Origin: Gemmatimonadales bacterium | GTDB lineage: Bacteria > Gemmatimonadota > Gemmatimonadetes > Gemmatimonadales > GWC2-71-9 | Direction: 5' to 3' | NCBI GenBank assembly: GCA_037189525.1 | Contig: JBBCJC010000002.1 | Span: 768,001-832,000, forward strand | DNA: 64,000 nt | In this document: positions 58,919 through 64,000 of the stretch, piece after piece | Numbering within the stretch: position 1 is the first letter of the stretch | How the letters are laid out: each line of letters begins with the position of its first letter | Program-made: the position numbers and the translations under genes | The notes under the pieces: model-generated | Database searches by the model: none | Told to the model about the DNA's origin: nothing | The model's input: only the letters and a program-made list of their open reading frames with translations

Positions 58919-61900
58919 CCGAACCAGCGGGGGAGATGTCGGCGGTCAAACGCGCCCTGGTCGAGATTCGCGATCTCCGGGCCCGGCTTGCCCGCGCCGA
59001 ATCGGCGGCGCGCGAACCGATCGCGGTCATCGGGCTGGGCTGTCGTTTTCCGGGTGGTGTCACGGGCCCCGAGGAACTCTGGTCGCTGCTCGAGTCGGGG
59101 ACGGACGCGGTTGGTCCGGTGCCGGACGATCGATGGGATCGTGACGGCCTTTACCATCCCGATCCGGATCATCCCGGCACGATGGTGACGACTCAGGGTG
59201 GGTTCATCGCCGGTGTCGACCGCTTCGATGCGGAGTTCTTCGGGATTGCCCCCATCGAGGCGGCGTCGATGGATCCGCAGCAACGGCTCTTGCTCGAGGT
59301 GGCCTGGGAAGCGCTCGAACGAGCCGGAATTGCGCCGGATGCGCTGCGAGGGTCGCCGACCGGCGTGTTCATTGGGATCGGGAACAGCGACTACTGGCGG
59401 ATGATGTTCTCCGCGCGTGACCGATTGGATGCTTACGCTGGGTCTGGAGGAAGCTACGCCGTGACCGCCGGTCGGTTGGCCTATACGCTCGGTCTGCAGG
59501 GGCCGGCTATGGCGATCGACACGGCATGCTCCGCATCGCTCGTCGCAATTCACAATGCCTGTCAGAGTCTCCGCAGCGGCGAGTCGAACCTGGCGCTCGC
59601 GGGCGGCGTCAATCTGATCCTGAGTCCGGAGGCGCATATCGCGTTCTCGAAGGCCAGGATGATGGCACCGGACGGGCGCTGCAAGACGTTCGATGCCTCC
59701 GCCGACGGCTATGGACGTGGCGAAGGGTGCGGCATCGTCGTCTTGCGTCGACTCTCGGATGCGGTGGCGGGGGGCGACAGGATCCTCGCGGTGGTTCGAG
59801 GGTCGGCTCTCAACCAGGACGGCAGGAGTGGTGGCCTGACCGTTCCGAACGGTCCTGCACAGGTTGCGGTAATTCGGGCGGCGCTCGCGATGGGCGGTCT
59901 GGCGCCAGCAGACGTCGACCTGGTCGAGGCCCATGGTACCGGAACTCCGCTTGGCGACCCGATCGAGCTGGGTGCGCTCGCGACCGCCTATGGTGAAGGC
60001 CGTTCGGCCGATCGGCGTCTGCTCGTTTCATCGCTCAAGACCAACTTCGGTCATCTCGAGGCGGCGGCGGGAATCGCGGGGTTCATCAAAGCGGTGCTCG
60101 CGGTGGAGCGGGGTACCGTGCCGGCTCATCTGCACTTCCGGACGCCGAGTCCGCACGTCGACTGGGCCGCGCTGCCGGTTCGAGTGCCGGCCGTGTCGGA
60201 GCCTTGGCCTGAGGTCGGCAGTCGTCCTCGTCGCGTCGGCGTCAGCTCGTTCGGCTTCAGCGGTACCAATGCGCATGTGATCGTGGAGCAGGCACCCGCG
60301 GTCGATCAGCCCGCGGTCCCGCCTTCCCGGTGGGTGCTGAGCGGTTCGGCGCGATCGGAGGCCGCCTTGGCGCAGCTTGCGGCGCAGTATGCCGATGCCG
60401 TCGCCGGTTCCGACGATGGCGGGGCATCGCTCGCGGTGGTCAGCGGCGTCGGGCGGGCTGCCCTGCGCCATCGGTTTGCGCTTCCCATGGCGGAGCCGGG
60501 CACCCTGATCGATTCGCTGCGCACACTTGCCGAGGGCGGACGACCGTCGTTGGGACACGTGGGTGCAGTCACGCCGGGCCAGTCGCCGCGCATCGCGTTC
60601 CTGTTCTCGGGTCAGGGGTCTCAGTACGCCGGGATGGGGGCCGAGTTGTACCGGACCGAGCAGGTCTTTCAGGCCGCGGTCGATCGCGCCATTCGTGCCG
60701 CCGGCGAGATCGGGCCCACCGTACTCGGTGCGCTGCTCGGCAGTCCGGGTATCGATGCGGTTGAGCCCAGGATTGCGCAGCCGGCGTTGCTTACGCTCCA
60801 GTATGGTTTGCTCGAGTTGTGGCGCTCCTGGGGCGTCGAGCCGGCCCTTGTCGCCGGCCACAGTCTCGGGGAATTCGCGGCGGCGGTTGCTGCAGGCGTG
60901 CTCGATATCGAGATCGCGATGTCCATCGTCCGAATCCGGGGTCGGATGATGCAGGCGCTTCCCGCGGGTGGCGGCATGCTCGTGGTCGAGACCGGCGAAC
61001 AGGGGGTGCAAGGCGTGCTCCAACGTTTCCCTGAGCTCGAGCTATCCGCCGTGAATGGAACGGCTCAGGCGGTGGTGGGCGGCCCATTGGATACGATTGC
61101 CGCAGCAACCGAAGCACTCCAAGCGGAGGGGATTCGCGCGAGACCGTTGGCCTTGTCGCATGCCTATCACACCAGCGCCATGGATCCGATGCTGGAGGAG
61201 TTCGTGGCGGCTATCGGCAGTTACGGCGTGTCCCGTCCGCTGCTGCCTGTGGTGTCTTCTCTCACGGGAATCGAGGCCGATGCGACCTTCGCCACGCCGA
61301 GTTACTGGGCCAGTCAGATCCGATCGACCGTTCGGTTTTCCAATGCGCTAGGGAAGGTTCTCGATGCGGGCGCCACACATCTGATCGAGATCGGTCCGCA
61401 CCCCGTGTTACTCAGTCTGGCCGCCGATCGCGCCGGAGTCACCCCGCTGCCGTCGCTCAGGCGCGAGACGCCGGTCTGGCCCGTATTGCTCGATGGGGTC
61501 GCCGCGCTCTTCGTCGACGGCGTCCCCGTGCGCTGGCGTAATGTTCAGTCCGGCGGCGCCTGGCGTCCCGATACAGCGCCAACGTATCCGTTCGAACGGC
61601 GCCGGTATTGGATCGACGCGGTCGATGCGGATGCTCGTTACTCGTCTGCTCAGCGGTGGGATGCGGTCGTAGCCGCAGCACAACGGCAATCCGAACAGGC
61701 GCCGCTCAGGTATCGGGCCGATACGATCGGGGAGACGTGGGCTTCGCTCGCACGACTGACCTGGGCTCACGCGGCTGAGACGTTCCGGCGACTCGGTGCT
61801 TTCGATGATGCGCCGCTCGGGCGATCCGTCGATGAAGTCGTCGAGCGGACGGGGATCAAGCCGCTCTACCGCCATCTGATCGAGCGTTGGCTCGAGCGCC

Positions 61901-63273
61901 TTGTGGACACCGGACGCCTCGAACGGGTCGGGCCGCGCTACCGGCCGGCGGGAGGCTCGCTTGCCGCGGTTTCACTTGGGCCGGTGTGGCAGGAAGCTCA
62001 GGGCCGGCTGGCATCCGATCCTGCGCTGCTTACCTACCTCGAAGGATGCGGCCGACTGCTGCCCGCGGTGCTGACAGGCGAGGTCAGTCCGCTCGAAACC
62101 CTCTTTCCGAACGGATCGTCGACGCTGGCCGAAGCGCTCTACGCCGAAACGGGCGTGATGCGATACGTCAATCTGATCGCAGCCGCCGCAATCGAAGCCG
62201 CCGCATCTCGGACTCGTAGCGGTCGACTTCGCGTGCTGGAGATCGGTGCGGGGACCGGTGGCACGACGGTGGCCGTCGCGCCGCGTCTCGATCCGGAGCG
62301 AACCGACTACTGGTTTACCGACGTATCGGATCTTTTTCTGGCCCGTGCATCGGAACGGTTTGGTACCGCGTCGCAGTTCCGCTACGCTACGCTCGACCTC
62401 GATCGGGATCCTTTCGATCAGGGCTTCACGGTCGATTCGTTCGACATCGTCTTGGCGACCAACGCAGTGCACGCCACCAAGGATCTGCGCGCCAGCCTGC
62501 GGCGAATCCACGACCTGCTGGCTCCCGGGGGGGTGCTTGTTCTGGTCGAGAGTACCGAGCACCTCGACTGGTTCGATATGAGCACGGGCCTGATCGAAGG
62601 GTGGCAACACTTTGAGGACGACCTCCGGGGCGACAACCCGCTGCTCGAGCCGGCGCAATGGCGTGGTGCGCTGGGCGCCGCAGGATTTGCTGCGGTAGTC
62701 GTGGCGCCGGAGGATGACTCACCCGCGTCGGCAGGTGGGCAGCGTGTGATTCTCGCGCGGAAGCCGGGCGAAGATGTCCCGACCCGGATCGATCAGGACG
62801 CGCCCGGACAGGCTCGGGTCGCGGGGAAACCTGTGCCGGCGGTCGATCCGGCAGCATCGTTGCTCGAAATGCTTCGGGATGCGCCGTCGGATGAACGCGA
62901 ATCGATCCTGATCGGCTTTGTGCGCGACCATGTGATGCGAACCCTTCGCCTGGCTCCCGACGCGGAGCCGGGGCGAACCGACCGGCTGCTCGATATCGGC
63001 TTCGATTCGTTGATGGCAGTGCAGTTCCGCAATGCGCTCGGCGCCGGTCTGGGCCTCGATGCGCCGTTGTCCGCCACGTTGCTGTTCGATCACCCTACCA
63101 TCGAGGCGATCGCGCGCTTCCTGTTGGGCCGGCTCGGTCTCGCGGCCAGTCCTGCTGCTGCGCCGGTATCGGCTTCCGAGCCGGGTGCGGCACTCAGCGA
63201 GGCGGATCTCGCGGCCATGACCGATGACGAAGTAGCCATTTTCCTGGAACGTCGTTTGGGCGAGGGGACATGA
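58915..63273 (+). CDS. Type I PKS, KS-AT-cMT-ACP
   Basis: KS DTACSAS; AT GHSLG, HAYH; MT LEIGAGTGG, NAVHAT, GLIEGW; no KR; ACP GFDSL. Confidence 0.95.
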   Translation: MTEPAGEMSAVKRALVEIRDLRARLARAESAAREPIAVIGLGCRFPGGVTGPEELWSLLESGTDAVGPVPDDRWDRDGLYHPDPDHPGTMVTTQGGFIAGVDRFDAEFFGIAPIEAASMDPQQRLLLEVAWEALERAGIAPDALRGSPTGVFIGIGNSDYWRMMFSARDRLDAYAGSGGSYAVTAGRLAYTLGLQGPAMAIDTACSASLVAIHNACQSLRSGESNLALAGGVNLILSPEAHIAFSKARMMAPDGRCKTFDASADGYGRGEGCGIVVLRRLSDAVAGGDRILAVVRGSALNQDGRSGGLTVPNGPAQVAVIRAALAMGGLAPADVDLVEAHGTGTPLGDPIELGALATAYGEGRSADRRLLVSSLKTNFGHLEAAAGIAGFIKAVLAVERGTVPAHLHFRTPSPHVDWAALPVRVPAVSEPWPEVGSRPRRVGVSSFGFSGTNAHVIVEQAPAVDQPAVPPSRWVLSGSARSEAALAQLAAQYADAVAGSDDGGASLAVVSGVGRAALRHRFALPMAEPGTLIDSLRTLAEGGRPSLGHVGAVTPGQSPRIAFLFSGQGSQYAGMGAELYRTEQVFQAAVDRAIRAAGEIGPTVLGALLGSPGIDAVEPRIAQPALLTLQYGLLELWRSWGVEPALVAGHSLGEFAAAVAAGVLDIEIAMSIVRIRGRMMQALPAGGGMLVVETGEQGVQGVLQRFPELELSAVNGTAQAVVGGPLDTIAAATEALQAEGIRARPLALSHAYHTSAMDPMLEEFVAAIGSYGVSRPLLPVVSSLTGIEADATFATPSYWASQIRSTVRFSNALGKVLDAGATHLIEIGPHPVLLSLAADRAGVTPLPSLRRETPVWPVLLDGVAALFVDGVPVRWRNVQSGGAWRPDTAPTYPFERRRYWIDAVDADARYSSAQRWDAVVAAAQRQSEQAPLRYRADTIGETWASLARLTWAHAAETFRRLGAFDDAPLGRSVDEVVERTGIKPLYRHLIERWLERLVDTGRLERVGPRYRPAGGSLAAVSLGPVWQEAQGRLASDPALLTYLEGCGRLLPAVLTGEVSPLETLFPNGSSTLAEALYAETGVMRYVNLIAAAAIEAAASRTRSGRLRVLEIGAGTGGTTVAVAPRLDPERTDYWFTDVSDLFLARASERFGTASQFRYATLDLDRDPFDQGFTVDSFDIVLATNAVHATKDLRASLRRIHDLLAPGGVLVLVESTEHLDWFDMSTGLIEGWQHFEDDLRGDNPLLEPAQWRGALGAAGFAAVVVAPEDDSPASAGGQRVILARKPGEDVPTRIDQDAPGQARVAGKPVPAVDPAASLLEMLRDAPSDERESILIGFVRDHVMRTLRLAPDAEPGRTDRLLDIGFDSLMAVQFRNALGAGLGLDAPLSATLLFDHPTIEAIARFLLGRLGLAASPAAAPVSASEPGAALSEADLAAMTDDEVAIFLERRLGEGT

Positions 63274-64000
63274 CGACCGAGTCGACGTCCGGGTCCGGGC
63301 TGAGTCCGCTCAAGCGCGCCGTGCTGGCGCTCGAGGAGGCGCGCGCGCGGATTGCGCAGCTCGAACGGGGCGCCCGCGAGCCGATTGCGGTCATCGGCAT
63401 CGGATGTCGTTTCCCGGGTGGGGCCAATTCGCCGGCCGCGCTCTGGAAGCTGCTGTGCGATGGCGTCGATGCGATCGGTGAGATTCCTTCGGATCGTTGG
63501 GACGTCGACGCCTACTTCGACGCCGATGTCGATGCGCCGGGCAAGATGAACACGCGGTTCGGCGGCTTTGTCGATGGCATCGATCGGTTCGACCCCGGCT
63601 TCTTCGGGATCTCGCCGCGCGAGGCCGCCAGTATGGACCCGCAGCAGCGGTTGGTGCTCGAAGTCGCCTGGGAAGCGCTGGAGCGGGCGGGCATTGCGCC
63701 CGATCGGCTGGCGGAGTCGCGCACGGGCGTGTTCGTCGGGATCGTCGGGACCGACTATGCGCAGCTGATGACGGAAGCGGGCGTGGTCGGATCGGATACC
63801 TATTTTGCCTCCGGTATCGGCCACAGCGTTGCGTCCGGACGGATTTCCTATGTGCTCGGCCTCAAGGGACCCAGCGTGTCGGTCGATACCGCCTGCTCGT
63901 CGTCTCTCGTCGCGACGCATCTGGCGGTGCAGAGCCTGCGCACCGGAGAATGCGATCTCGCGCTGGCCGGCGGGACCAACGCGATCCTGACGCCGGATAC
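63270..64000 (+). CDS. Type I PKS, fifth gene, KS domain (truncated by the window end)
   Basis: Not in the ORF track. ATG at 63270 reads MTTESTSGSGLSPLKRAVLALEE...REPIAVIGIGCRFPG...MDPQQRL...DTACSSSLVA. Confidence 0.93.
   Translation, partial: MTTESTSGSGLSPLKRAVLALEEARARIAQLERGAREPIAVIGIGCRFPGGANSPAALWKLLCDGVDAIGEIPSDRWDVDAYFDADVDAPGKMNTRFGGFVDGIDRFDPGFFGISPREAASMDPQQRLVLEVAWEALERAGIAPDRLAESRTGVFVGIVGTDYAQLMTEAGVVGSDTYFASGIGHSVASGRISYVLGLKGPSVSVDTACSSSLVATHLAVQSLRTGECDLALAGGTNAILTPD

Noticed and set aside
40699..64000. Recurring DNA segments across the PKS genes
   Set aside because: They are conserved KS/AT coding motifs in paralogous modules, not an independent repeat family.

Overview
High-GC bacterial window whose gene content (futalosine-pathway mqnD, plug-only carboxypeptidase-regulatory-domain proteins, CsgG-like lipoprotein plus barrel, H1-like protein) suggests Gemmatimonadota. 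This is an inference, since no marker gene is present. The first ~32.8 kb is mostly envelope, signalling and housekeeping genes: lepB, a cold-shock gene, lemA-htpX, an HD-GYP regulator, mqnD, tRNA-Cys, tal and tkt. It opens with an unusual module: a divergent ClpB paralog with an altered D2 pore loop, a membrane FHA protein, a stand-alone Ser/Thr kinase, and a convergent FHA-TM protein with an M15-like peptidase motif. The 16.8-17.5 kb intergenic region holds a cluster of DnaA-box-like 9-mers followed by an apparently uncatalogued ~370-nt multi-stem RNA ending in a UNCG-capped terminator. From 32.8 kb to the window end lies a hybrid cis-AT PKS/NRPS cluster: Sfp-type PPTase, cyclic-peptide ABC exporter, a terminal C-A-T-TE NRPS on the minus strand, TEII and at least five single-module PKS genes on the plus strand, truncated at the right edge. 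The NRPS has an aminoadipate-reductase-like A domain and a thioesterase with a Cys nucleophile and no His at the canonical position. The PKS operon is preceded by a sigma54-type promoter. All calls come from reading motifs by eye; no searches were run.
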